64,000 bases of DNA from Nemertoderma westbladi. Taxonomy: Eukaryota > Animalia > Xenacoelomorpha. Shown piece after piece: positions 36,872-49,300 of this stretch. The notes beneath the pieces are model-generated. The model made no database searches, was not told where the DNA came from, and saw only the letters and a program-made list of their open reading frames with translations. The first letter of the stretch is position 1, and the number at the start of each line of letters is the position of its first letter. A program made the position numbers and the translations under genes. Location: positions 1 to 64,000 of the forward strand of contig JAUCBJ010006659.1 in the NCBI GenBank assembly GCA_032718475.1. The letters are read 5' to 3'.

Positions 36872-38900
36872 CAACGTTTGGAGTGGGTGTGTGACCATAT
36901 TATTTTATATTCTTATTATTTTATATTTATGTATGTATTATTATGTAATTTTATTATAATCGTTTTCTTTAATTTTATTTAGTAGAATGTTATTTTAGCG
37001 ATTATTTAGTAGATTAGTGCAATATATATTCGCGTTTATTACTTAATTACTTATATATTATATATTTAGTGCGACGGCGAGAAATAATTCTTTTTCTCTT
37101 TCCTTACTGTCCGTATTACATTACAAATACGTAACTACAGTAAGATGAAATATCCGTACTTATTAAAGTACAATAAAGCTCCTACTATATTTAAGTATTA
37201 TTGGTAAGCAGAGTATTAGGAATGCAAAATTCAGATCCTCGTGTCTCGGCTAAACCAAGCTCTGGGTAGACCTTGGAGATGACTTGCCTCTTCTCACTGA
37301 CATTGCTTCGTGCGATATTGCTCTCATACCATATTTTAAATAATACATATAGTAGCGTGATGTCCCTTTAACAGTAGCGTATAACGCAAAATAAATCTGT
37401 TAAACCCTTTGACCATCTGCAATTCTAGTCGATTAAGATATCGCGGCACCCACCGATATACTTGAAAAACAAAATTCTAGAATCAGTGGTTAACGTCCCC
37501 AGACTTGTTCTGGAATAAACCGGTGCCCATCCTAAATATTAACTATTAATATTTATAAAATCTGTCAAATTTCAGATCCTTTAACATTCTAGTCGATTAA
37601 GATATCGTAGCACTTACCGATACTCTTAAAAAGACAAAATTCCTAGAATCAAGGATCCCAGTCCCCAGACTTGTTCTGGAATAAAATTGTGTCTATTTTA
37701 ATATTAAATAATAAAATTACGGGAATAAATTTAAATTCATCTTTTAATGAATTTGATAAATTGTTATTTTATACAATTTATAATATTTCCAAAATTCCAT
37801 TAATTAATAGATCATGGGAGCGGAGATTCACCTATTAAGTGTATTAGTGTGCGAGAATCTCCAATATAGAGTCAATAGCCGATAAAATTCATAAAATCAT
37901 ATATAAAGATGATATTGACCATTAAAGACTTACTATTAAATAGCATCCCAGATCTGTATGCATGGGAATTACCCTAATTCTACTGCTAGCTTTCCATAAT
38001 GTCACCATAGCAACAACCACGCTAGAATTAGAAGCGAGTTAACAGAACAATAAAAAGCTTGCTCATTGAATAGCATACGGAATAAATAGCACACCGCAAG
38101 TATCCAGGGATACATAATAACAACGTGACATTCTGGAAGGCACTTGACTAACGGACAAATGACCCGAATGTGTGATAGAATGTGTACCATTTGTGACAGT
38201 TACGTGGAATTTGTGCGTTTGTAGGTGAATGTTACTATTAAGGTGTGTTTACAGTAGCGAGTCGCAATTGTGAAAGTAGCCCTAACTCTCCAGTAAGAAC
38301 CTGAAGTATATCTAAGCCTTTGGGACGGACGGTGGAGTGACTCGTGCTGGTTGTTGTAGTCGTTGTGCAGCTACGACGTTGGCGATAGGCACATCGGCGA
38401 AAGTACACCAGCGCTGAGGATCTCGCACTGTCCGGGGGCAGAGAGGGGTAGGCAGCGACGCCCGCTCGCCTAAATATAAACTCATTATAATATGGATAAA
38501 CTTATATAGCAGATATGATTGAGTTGATAGAAGATGATCTTGGTATCAGGGAGCGATATACTCTACCTTTACAAGCGTTTGTTGATAGCTTGATACGCGG
38601 CGACGCTGGTCCAACTACTACGGAGGACGATGGTCGTTATATCTAACCGCCAATGTCCCGGGAGCAACTTGCGCGTGGGTTGGACTGTAGAAAATTCACC
38701 GCTCGCTATACGCATCGTAATGTTACGTATATGGACTTCTTAACTACTGGTCATCCTATCGACCTACACGATACGAACAATATAGACACCAAAAGGGAAA
38801 TGGTTTTATTTAAATATCATACCCAGCGGAAGCGGAACGATAAACTGAGACTCGAACACGAAAATTCTATTCGAAACCGACTCGAAAGTGCAGATGTTGA

Positions 38901-41260
38901 TGTAAGGGTCCAGTAGTATACCGCTTACCAGATCCTAGTAACGATGTATCTTACTATGAGACTCTAGTAATGTATACGGGCTTGTACAGTATCTGACAAC
39001 AAATCCCAGTCCAGGATATCTAAACAAACAGATACAATACACAAACGACTACTGGCGAGGAACAGAGCCTAGTATCTATTCTATGTACGTGAGCGGGTCT
39101 AATGCCTACGTACTAGACAAAAGGATACCTGTCCTCTAACCGGTGAGGCAGATGTACAGTTACAGTAACAGACCAAACTCACGGGAAAACAATCCCCGCG
39201 CAGCGAATCCTAACTATCACTGACAGTCCTAAATACAGTAACTTGCCGCGGTGTGATTTATATGGTTTATATACGAACTAGGTGGTTAACAGACCTAGTG
39301 TAACAATGCTGATTACCCCTGTCTAAATCAGCCTAAAGTCGTGCCTAAATGTAACGATAACTGATCCCCCTGTACGAAATCAGTCTAAAGGGTCAGGCCT
39401 AAATGTAACAATACTGCTGGACAGAAATCAACAGTTTAATAACGAAAGTGAAATACTCCTTATTGCCGCAACTAAATCAGATCCTAATTTTACAAATACA
39501 GATAATTTCTACCTAAAATAATGTATAGTGCGCTATAGCTAGTAGAACTTTAAGGGCAATATGTTTTAGGGCGTGTGTGTGTGGGTGTGTTACAAATAAA
39601 ACAATTTCGTGTAATTCCTTTACTAGGTTTTAGTGATTTTCTGACTAAATGATACCGTGCGCTAGCTACTAAAATAAACTAGTCGCGTTTTGTAGAACTT
39701 TATACTCACGAATGACGTCAAAGCTCTCTCCTTCCTATCCACAACCCAATGGGCAACCACAGTGTTAGTAACTACACCCGTGATCGGCACTAATACCAGA
39801 TTCTGGTTGTAAGATAAGAATAGGGGTTAATCGCTACCGTACGTTAGCTGATCTGGTATACTAATTTAATTCTAGAACTTTGTTGCTGCGGTAGTTAGCA
39901 GCAATACCTATCAGTACGTGGCAAGGCGCGGTAGGATATTAATAAACCTCCCTAGGCCAAGCAGTGTGCCGGTAGCAGAAATGCTCCTTGCCTGATCAAA
40001 TAGCTAACTCCAGACAGGGGGGGGGGGTACTAATGTACGTTCTACAAAGCGAACCGGTACCAAACAGTCAGTGCTACGAATCACTAAATTATGGAACATA
40101 TGCTGTCTGTACCTAATATGTACTCGCGTACTGACAAATGGCAATAGTTCGCACCTGTAGGAAGTACAGGTTAACCCAGGGGTTCGTAGGACTGACAAAA
40201 GGGGGGGGTGTTTCTGTCTGAATATAATTATTTGATCCTAAATTTGCGGCGTCCAGTACGGCGTCACGCTTACCCTGATCTATAGGTCTTACGGCGGGCA
40301 AGGGCGTCGAACAAAGTCTTACCTTCTCACAAAGCGGGCGCTGCATGGCAAGTTGAGTATTTCGAAGGGGGCAAAGGGGGTGCGCGGTCGATCCAATGTG
40401 GGCGCTAGCGTGTTGTGGACATCTCTTCCCTGCGTTGCTTACGGCCTAACGGTCTAGGCTGCCATCTCCCTGATGTTTGGCTGTCCCAAAGTTGGACCAA
40501 AAGAAAACATGTTCAGGAATTTGCAGTATATTTACAGTTTTACAAAGGATTTATCAAATAAAGTTTCAACAAGAAACCAAAATAAACTAATAACAATTTA
40601 GGAATTTACAAGAGTAAGGTGGTGTTATTAGGGAGTTATAAGGTAGTTATAAGGGAGTTATAAGGTAGTTATAAGGTAGTTATAAGGTAGTTATAAGGGA
40701 GTTATAAGGTAGTTATAAGGTAGTTATAAGGTGATAACCGAAGGCAAACCGGCCTTTTTATACTAAATATTGCACATGGAAACTAAACAGAATTTTCCAC
40801 AGCTTCACATTTGAGCAATAAAGTGCTTCGTGCCCTATGATTGGCCCAGCTCATCGTTCAACGCAGTCCGGCCCTTACACTAATCTGGGACATGGAATCC
40901 TAACAGAATTTTCCACTGCCTCACATTTGAGCAATAAGATAATTTATGCCCTATGATTGGCCTGGCTCATCATTCGCTACGTTGTACGCTTCTCATTGGC
41001 CTACCAATTAGCACCAAACGAAAATAAATGGCCCCAAAATACAAATTTCCCGACTGGGATTCGAACTCGTAACCTATGTAATATAACCAACGCCTTAACC
41101 ATCTGACCACTACGCCACGAGAGTACCTAAGGGTTTTATGTGTACAAATATGAATAGGCATATTACATTACTGTAACTAAATCAAAATACGTCGGATTTT
41201 CGAAAGTTTTTACGTTAAAGTTAAACTACAAATGCTATCTTATAGTGAAATAATTCATCA
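38901..41260 (-). repeat. Element C 3' LTR (2360 bp)
   Basis: TGTAAGGGTCC...TAATTCATCA; PPT GGAGCGG (minus) at 41261-41267; contains a (GTTATAAGGTA)n array at ~40625-40735 and a duplicated ~115-bp CCAAT-containing block at 40770-40975. Confidence 0.95.
41048..41116 (-). promoter_or_regulatory. tRNA-derived Pol III internal promoter in C LTR (second copy at 58521-58590)
   Basis: A box TGGTCAGATGG (41099-41109) and B box GAGTTCGAATCC (41057-41068) at tRNA-like spacing; T4 run just downstream; no intact acceptor stem. Confidence 0.65.
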
Positions 41261-41880
41261 CCGCTCCATGAAAACAGTAAGTAAGACTGTTTTCACCAAT
41301 CGAAACATAAAGTATTTACAAACTACTTCTAAATCTACTGGTAGGGCCTAAAATATAAAATATAATCACTATCTAATTATTGCATACTTAATATTGCAGA
41401 TACGGCGTAAATACAATCGATCGTACATACAAATACAAATTTACGAATTAACTTTAGTGCCTAAAATACAAAAAAGGCTTTCGGTTATCAAGGTAAGCAA
41501 ATTAAACAAATCAGAACAAATAAATCAAAACAAATCAAACAAATAAATCAAACTCTTTCGATAAATCTTTATATATTGTAAATATACATAATAAACCTTC
41601 ACCAAATTAAATCAGTCCAAATATAATATAAACATAATGCGCTAATAACTTTCAATAATGTCCTCCTGACGATCTAATAGTTCGTCCTGCTGGTCTGGAT
41701 ATCTTCTCCTGAGCACCAATTGCTAACGGTAGGCTCGCAAGCCTTCCTTTCCATATCTCGCTCCTCCAAACCCAACATTCAAACATAATCCAAATATAAT
41801 GTCCAAATAAAATATCCAAATATAATATCCAAATAAATATCCAAATCGGTAGGCTCGCAAGCCTTCCTTCCACTCGCTTC

Positions 41881-44800
41881 CTATTCCTTCACTGAGCGGG
41901 CTCGTCCACGTCCTCTAGTGCGATTGGGGGGTGGTCGAGGTCGAACTGGGCTCGGACTTCGGCGTCGAGTCGTCGGTGGTTCCAAAACGCTAGGAAAGGG
42001 GACGACGGGAGTTTCGCACATCCGTCGTGCGCTTAATCCTCTAAATCCTCGTCCGATTCCAACTGTCGGCTTAACATCGGACCGAGTTTCTACAACGCTA
42101 GGAGGAAGTCGAAAAGGTAGGACCGTTCCGTCCGTTGACACCTCGCTCTCTGACGTCGTTTGAATCCTAATGGGTTCAGTCAAAGCGTATCCTGTCCCTC
42201 CGCGTGGTTCTCTAGCAAGGGAAACCGTGCCCCGAGTCATCCGGATTTGCGACTTCGATGTCGTCCTCTTGGCGACATTTACTACCTTCTTAATCTCTTG
42301 TCCGGCCTTCTGGGCTTTGAGTATACGAAATTGCTGATCATCCTGTGGGTGACGCGTCTTCTCCGCTAACGGCGTGGCCTTGAAGCCAGTCTCACGCAAA
42401 ACGTCGGTCTCGTCCAGAATGCACGAGGTTACGCGTTTGTGATAAAATGCGCTCCGGTATGCCCAAGCTATCGAATGCCAGGCTCCTCGATTCCGCTGTT
42501 CAACTCGCAGTTTATCGAATTCTCCGGCGGTAATCTTGTTCACCACAGTTTGAAAGTTCCAAGTATTCTTGTTGTCGGGGTGCACTTGTAAGAAATAGTC
42601 CCGCACAACTTTGAATCCACTGTCCAACGGCAATATATCCAATACCTCCAACAATTCATCGTACTGAGGCATAGCCGATACATATCCTTCCTTTGACATT
42701 ATGAGAGGGTTTACGGCCCAAAATCCCAAATGTGCTCTCATAGGGAAGCGGCGTCGCTGCGTCGATACATGCTCGTCTGCTAGGTCCTCCCAATGGTCGA
42801 ATAATTGTCGAACGATTTTGACTGACATGTGCTCATAGGGGACGTCTCTAAGTTGACATTCGGATGCCCTATGGCCCTTAATATTACAATAAGTACACTG
42901 CGCCACGAAACGCCAGCAAGTGTAGAAAGTGTGCGAACGTTGATCCCCGCACCAGTTGCATACTAAATCCGGTAGAGATATGTGCTTCGCTTCGCACTTC
43001 TTTGCGTGATGGCCAGTTGCTCCACATCTGCCACAAATAGTGTTGGCAGGATACCAAACTCGCTCATAGATGAGATCTCCGATGGGGCGAGCGCTACCAT
43101 CCACGTGATAATTCTCATCATCCGGGTCAGTCGGTATGTTCGTCTCCGTAGGTTGTACACAAACCATGGCATCGCTTTTCTCTAACTCGCGTATCTCAGT
43201 TCGCGTCTTCCTCGGAAGGTTCTCCTCTATTTCTATGAGTTGCCGTAACGGTTCGTCTATTAGCGCCAACTCGGTCGGATCCACATCGTCATGATGGGCG
43301 GTAGGCTCACGAGCCTTCCAGGATCCTTCCGGGCGTTCGAATTCCGCGTGGCGTTCCCCGTCATAGGGTACTAACGTTAACATCGACGGTCTGTCGACTA
43401 GACTTCCCGCGTGAGTGAGATAGACGTCCCTGAAAACGCTAAGTCCCGCTCGCGTGAAAACTTCGCAGTGCGCATCGGTGTTATAAAAGGGTTGGAGAAA
43501 TCGTCGGAATACATCGGTATGCGTCCTTCCTCCATCGTAAAAGGTATGTCCTTCGCCAAGACATAACGGGTGTCGCTTTAAGGTTCTGGATACTACGTCC
43601 GCGATGAAACAAACGTTAACCGAAGATTCTATCGCTAAATAGTATTGTAAGATTATCCGCGGAGGAGAAGTAATCGCCCAATACACGCAACCTCGCCACT
43701 TCAACTGTGACTCGAACTCGTTTACGCCGGGGGTATCTCCCTCTCCGTATACGTCCGTGTATTTGTTCCTCTTACTCTCCTTGTAATCCCAACTGAACAT
43801 TAGATATGAGATATAACCCGTTCCAGTTTTTAGCGTGTTATACTCCCTAAAGTATCCTTGCTCAATAGCCCAAAGCAACAATGGTCTATTATCCACGTAT
43901 GGCGTAGGCAATCGGTCCTCTTCCGTGGGCATCCCTGCAAAGTCGCTAATGAGGTCATCCCGTACACCGGATCCGATCTTGACGATGCTCTTATCCAACA
44001 CAACGTCTCGCACGGCCTTTGGCAACATCCTAGCTTCTATGCTACAAGCCAGGTCCATGGATTTAACTATCCGTTTTATCATCGCGTGTCTTTGCGTCGT
44101 TCCTTCCGGCATAGGCATCTTCCTATCACTCCTCTGTCGGCTGAAGACATGTAACACGCCATCTGGTGCTCTAATCTGTATAGTCTTTGAAGTGAGGCTT
44201 TGCTGATGGCTTCCTCCCTCATTATCGTAAAACATATATCCATTCTCTTTCAGAGATCGGCTAGTCACGTCCCAATCGTCGAGTAAATCGTCGGTAGGTT
44301 TCCAAATTCTCCCGATCGACTTTTCGTCATCGAAACTAATAGGTTTACCGGTCCAATTGGTCGCGATATCGGTGTCGGTCTCAAACGTCCCAACTCCGAT
44401 CCATAATCGAATCGTTTTCGTCAGATATCCTCGCAAGATACAAGGTGCGATATCCGTCCCCGCGCGATCCACTTCCTTAAAGTCCGTGATATGTGGAGGC
44501 ACGTTGCGTACGATTTTTTGAACTATTACTTTACACAACTCGGTTGATTCTAACACATCACCGAAGGTAACCGATGGGAGGAAATCCAGGTTCGAGATGA
44601 TCTCCGGGTGTTCAACTATAGGGATCTCGTAAGTTGTCTCCTTCCGGGTCGGTATACTAATAGGAAAACTAGTTGGTCTCGCAACCGGTACTATCGCTCT
44701 AGTAGAATGGGGCTGAGGTTCTCGCGTCATCTCGACATGAGGTATCTGTAGTCTCTGCGACAAACGCTGAGCAAAGGTGATACTATCGAAGAGCTCGGGT

Positions 44801-45636
44801 GTCATCTCCTTGGGTTCGGTTTGATCGTGGGATATCCAATAGAATGGTAGGCTCGCGAGCCTTCCGCCGAACTCCTCGATCTCGCCTTTCTCATACGCCT
44901 TGTACGCCCTGTAGAAGCTCAAAGCTTCCCGTTTCTCTTGTGTCGACTTATTAGACTCGTCCACTACCATGCTGTAGACGTCTGGTTCGACTAATTTAGG
45001 TTCGTAAATAACGATCTCACCCGCGTTCGGTCCACTCATTTTAAATGAATGATACGGATTTGTCAAAGGGTATCCGCCTTCTTGGTAACGTAGACTTTGG
45101 TGGTGTGAATATCGCGCTAATATCGGCTCGGGGTTCTCCGAGTTCAACCGCATAGGAATCGCGTTGTCTTGCTCGCGCATACACGCTCCACATTTATAAA
45201 ACAGTTTGTATACGGAAAACGCGTCCTTGGTCTCTGGATCCGCTCCTCGAGCGCGTCTATAAAGATGCATTCCTTCAAATTCGTCTCTAGCTGCAGGTAA
45301 GGGTTCGTTTACCGTCAAATATTGCAGCGTATGATACAATCGGCGTATTTCGGTGTCTGGATCCTCGCAAATGTCGCTAGCGTCGCATAACGCATCGTAG
45401 GGATATAACGCATTGTATTCCGCGCGTAATTCCTCCGTTCTTTTGTTGTATGCGTCCAACCGCTGTCGCGTAACATTTGGGTCCGCCTTGGATTTAGCGA
45501 GCTTGGCCGTACTCCTAGCCATACTCTCCACTCCAAACACACTAAAGTTTTTAGCTCCATAACGATTGAATGGCGCCTGGTGCTCTTGTTCTTGCGTAAA
45601 CCCTTGACGTAACTCTTTATACATCTTCTCCGCCAT
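41881..45636 (-). CDS. Element C ORF3 (1251 aa): DEDDy/WRN-like 3'-5' exonuclease domain + three CCHC-type zinc knuckles + basic C-terminus
   Basis: ISFDDE (ExoI), TIQIR, LPKAVRDVVLDKSIVKIGSGVRDDL (ExoII), W...LQYYLAIE (ExoIII-like); CGRCGATGHHAKKC, CNWCGDQRSHTFYTC, CTYCNIKGHRASEC; uninterrupted ORF. Confidence 0.8.
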   Translation of the reverse strand: MAEKMYKELRQGFTQEQEHQAPFNRYGAKNFSVFGVESMARSTAKLAKSKADPNVTRQRLDAYNKRTEELRAEYNALYPYDALCDASDICEDPDTEIRRLYHTLQYLTVNEPLPAARDEFEGMHLYRRARGADPETKDAFSVYKLFYKCGACMREQDNAIPMRLNSENPEPILARYSHHQSLRYQEGGYPLTNPYHSFKMSGPNAGEIVIYEPKLVEPDVYSMVVDESNKSTQEKREALSFYRAYKAYEKGEIEEFGGRLASLPFYWISHDQTEPKEMTPELFDSITFAQRLSQRLQIPHVEMTREPQPHSTRAIVPVARPTSFPISIPTRKETTYEIPIVEHPEIISNLDFLPSVTFGDVLESTELCKVIVQKIVRNVPPHITDFKEVDRAGTDIAPCILRGYLTKTIRLWIGVGTFETDTDIATNWTGKPISFDDEKSIGRIWKPTDDLLDDWDVTSRSLKENGYMFYDNEGGSHQQSLTSKTIQIRAPDGVLHVFSRQRSDRKMPMPEGTTQRHAMIKRIVKSMDLACSIEARMLPKAVRDVVLDKSIVKIGSGVRDDLISDFAGMPTEEDRLPTPYVDNRPLLLWAIEQGYFREYNTLKTGTGYISYLMFSWDYKESKRNKYTDVYGEGDTPGVNEFESQLKWRGCVYWAITSPPRIILQYYLAIESSVNVCFIADVVSRTLKRHPLCLGEGHTFYDGGRTHTDVFRRFLQPFYNTDAHCEVFTRAGLSVFRDVYLTHAGSLVDRPSMLTLVPYDGERHAEFERPEGSWKAREPTAHHDDVDPTELALIDEPLRQLIEIEENLPRKTRTEIRELEKSDAMVCVQPTETNIPTDPDDENYHVDGSARPIGDLIYERVWYPANTICGRCGATGHHAKKCEAKHISLPDLVCNWCGDQRSHTFYTCWRFVAQCTYCNIKGHRASECQLRDVPYEHMSVKIVRQLFDHWEDLADEHVSTQRRRFPMRAHLGFWAVNPLIMSKEGYVSAMPQYDELLEVLDILPLDSGFKVVRDYFLQVHPDNKNTWNFQTVVNKITAGEFDKLRVEQRNRGAWHSIAWAYRSAFYHKRVTSCILDETDVLRETGFKATPLAEKTRHPQDDQQFRILKAQKAGQEIKKVVNVAKRTTSKSQIRMTRGTVSLAREPRGGTGYALTEPIRIQTTSESEVSTDGTVLPFRLPPSVVETRSDVKPTVGIGRGFRGLSARRMCETPVVPFPSVLEPPTTRRRSPSPVRPRPPPNRTRGRGRARSVKE

Positions 45637-46368
45637 CGTATACGAATATATGCGGTTACATATCGTTACGTTTCTACTAGATGAAGCACAAAATAGAGGT
45701 TAGATGTGAGGTGACTTAGAGTTTGTCGGCTTTTGGCTCAACTCTGCTCTAAACCCCAACCCATTTTGCCTAATGATTTCGGGTTCGCGTGATTTCGCAC
45801 TGGCTCCTAATCCAAAAATGTGCCGATAAAAAACGAATTCCGGGTAAACTAGCCGCGAGTCTAAAATACTCACCTTTTAATTTCCCAAACTACGTTTCCC
45901 AAGAAAAATAATGCAGTCGAGAATTAATTGGTCTAAATAATAGTAGACACGACTACGTAGAACAAGGCCGATTTTCTTTTTCCAAAAAAATTTATCGGTA
46001 GGCTCGCAAGCCTTCCATCCGCTCTTGTCCTCCCCAATTTTAATTTTTATCTAGCTGTATTCTAGAATTTGCTTTCACTGGAGAATCGTTTTTCTTAAAT
46101 TTAAATCCAAATAAATGGATTTGTCTAATAATTTTTGAAAAATGTCTCACTTGTGGGTTCCAAGTGGAATTCCATTCCTACTGTACACACAATCCCGCTC
46201 CTATGTGATACATAAGGGTACTACCCTCCATGTTCACGTATAAAGACAATGGAATTCCACCGCTGTCTCTATCTACAGTGAAGAGGATTACAAATGCACG
46301 TACAGTAATACAAATACAAATAACTAAAATACAGTAGGTCTATGTGGCGGCCGACAAAGGTCCCACAT

Positions 46369-49300
46369 CTATTTACTAATATTGGGTGGAGATTTGTAGT
46401 CTCCCGTCTCGTTTCTAGTCTCCTCAAGGAGTACGAGACGTTGTACAGGCCTATCTACGGTACGTCCGTCGATAGTCCGTACAGTAACTGTCCTCACTAC
46501 ACCAGATGTAGGGTGCGTGGTCAAAATGACTCCAGTCAGCCAAAACCGTCTTTTCAGATTGGCTTCAGCCAATAAAACATGGTCACCACGTCTTAAACTT
46601 CGGGTATTTAGATACCAAGAGGTTCTGGTCGAAATAGAGGGCAAATAATATTTCTGCCATATTTCCCAGAATTTATTTGCAAGCAATTGAGTGATTTTCC
46701 AAGCCTTGTTGCCGTATCCGTCACTATCAACGGGTACCGAAATGGGCAACAATGTCGTCGGCGCCTGCATAAGCAGGTGCGCTGGTGTCAAGGCAAACTG
46801 TACGTCGTTATTGTCTGGGATCAAAGCGATCGGTCTGGTATTTAAGATTGCTTCGATTTCTATTAGTAACGTCGTCAGTTGGTCGTCTGTCAAGATGTGT
46901 TGCGTCGGTACGACTTTAGCCATAGCTGTCTTTATTGAGCCAATCAGCCTTTCCCAAATGCCGCCTCTCCACGGACTGTCTGGAGTATTGAAAAACCAAA
47001 CAATACGGTGAGGACGTAGTTCCTCGGAATTCTGGTTTTGGTCCAATTTTCTCAAAGCTCTGGTTATCTCGTTCCGTGCACCCACAAAGTTTGTCCCTTG
47101 GTCGCAGTATATGGATTTGACCAATCCACGTCTAGCGATAAATCGCCGTAAGGCTAGGATAAAGGCATTGGTGGTCAAGTCTGTCACTCGCTCTATATGG
47201 ACAGCTCTGCTGGCCATGCAAGTGAAGATCAATCCCCAACTTTTTACCTGTACCCTTCCGCGTTTCGCGATTATGGGTCCAAAACAGTCTATCCCTGTCT
47301 CAGTGAAAGGGGGTCTAAACGCCTGTAATCTAGCTAATGGTAGTTCACTCATTTCTTGGTGTCCTATCCTCGCGTGCACCTTCTTACAAATAATACAGTT
47401 CCGTGTTACCGAACTCAGTGCCTTACTAGGTCTAATCAGTACAAACCTCGAACGTAAGTGTGATAGACAGTGGTGTCTACCTACGTGTTTGAGTTGTACG
47501 TGTGCGTCCAGTATCATAGCGCGCTGTAATTCATGGTGTTGCGGTATGATGATAGGATACCTAAAGTCAAGTGCAAAGTCGATGTTTTGGAGTCTGGACT
47601 TGTGACAAAGTAAGCCCCGGTAAATAATCGGACTCCAACTCAAAATCGGTGAAGACTTAATCTGTTTAACTTGTTTGATCGCTGTGAATTCGCGTGCGAA
47701 ATATCGCAATTGATAATGTCTAATGATATCAACTTCACAGTGGCCAATTTCCTTTAAGGTAAGTCTTCTAGGAAAGTCGCGTTTGCCTCTGGCATATTGT
47801 CTCAATCGTTTGAGCCATGCTAACTTGCGGCATGCGTCAGTCCATGATCTAGTTAGGTTCACTATCCTGTCAACGTAAGTGTTAGTGACGTCATCGGGTA
47901 AGGTGTAGTCGTAGTGTGGATACTTGTCTGGACTTGGTAGGCCCACGGGCCTTCCGGTAGGTTTGTCTGAGTCCCCAAGTACGTCAATCTCTATGGTCTT
48001 ACCTTTGCCGTCCGCACCTAATGTGTCGACTGGCAGTAATGGTTTCAACTCTACAGTGTCAGTGTGTTCCTGTGAGCCTGTAAGCTTCCTAACCTTAGTC
48101 ACACGTTTACCTGTAGGTAAGTCAAGTACCTTCTTCGAGCGGAGTGTAATCCCTGTGGCCACACCTCTGTCGTCCAAAGAAGTCAAATTCGGTAAATCTC
48201 TAAAAGTCCGCTCCAATGGGTCTTCTAATGGAGTGTCTAGTAGACAGTCTGGTGAAGCGTCTGGTGAACAGTCTGGTGAGACGTCTGGTGAGACATAGCG
48301 CGGAACATCCGGCGAAATGTCCTGTCGTCGGTCCCAAAGTCTGTCTAGCGTAACTTCTGTCAGAAAGTCTGGTTCAAAGTCTGGTCTAAAGTCTGGTGGA
48401 CAGTCTGTCGAGATGTCTGGTGGAAAGTCTGGTGAGACGTCCGGTAGACATTCTGTCGAGAGTTCCATCAAACAATCTGGCGAATAATCCGGAGAACAAT
48501 CTGGTGTCGCTTCTGGTGAATAGTCTGGCGAGTAATCTGGTGAACGATCCGGCGAAACGTCTGGTGAAATCTCCCACGGAACATCCGGCGAAGGATTCGT
48601 ACAAGCGTCTGGTCGAGTGTCTGGCGAGACGTCTGGCGTAATGTCAGGTCTGGCGTCCAGGTCATCAGATTTCGTCCGTCCTTTTTTCCTCTTGACCTTG
48701 GCGTTGGCTTTCGCTTTAGACTTGACAACCTTGTCGAGTTTTATCTCGGCACCCTCTGGTATGGTGTTGGTTGTCGCGTCGAATAACGGTGGCCATTCGT
48801 CTGATGGTCGCTGTAGGAAATCGGGTCCTCTAAACCAAAAGGATTTATTGTCCGGTTTACAAAAGTCAAGTGGTTGCATCCCCCGTGACGCGATGTCAGC
48901 TGGGTTCAGCTTCCCTGGACAGTGACGCCAATCTTGTTTGAGCGACCGGTCTAATATTTCAGCCCGTCTGTTGGCTACGAAAGTCTTGAACTCGAATGTT
49001 TCGTTGTTTATGTACCAAAGTACCAACGTCGCATCCGTCCAATATGTGACCTTCAAGTTAGCCTCCAGCTCGCGTTGAACTAGACTGACAATATCGGTGG
49101 ATATCGTGCCGGCTTGCAGCTCCCCACGAGGTACAGTCATATACTTCAATGGCATTGTTCTAGCCCTTGAAGTAACGAGAGATACATCGTAGCTGTCCGA
49201 TGTCACTTGTCGTCTAAGGTATAAAGTAACCCCCAATCCATCCTTGCTAGCGTCACTAAAGCTGTGAAGCTCTAAATCGGCAGGAAAGGTGGTTTGCAAA

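Noticed and set aside
40004-40346. Short ORFs repeated in both C LTRs
   Set aside because: Duplicated only because the LTRs are duplicated; no coding signature.
41048-41116. Functional tRNA gene
   Set aside because: A and B boxes are present but the acceptor and anticodon stems do not pair properly; treated as tRNA-derived.
40732-41491. 14-nt imperfect inverted repeat TGATAACCGAAGGC / GCTTTCGGTTATCA between the C LTR and 3' UTR
   Set aside because: Single short match with a mismatch and no second family copy to test covariation.
41881-45636. ORF3 as an envelope glycoprotein
   Set aside because: No evident signal peptide or transmembrane anchor; nuclease-like and zinc-knuckle motifs instead.
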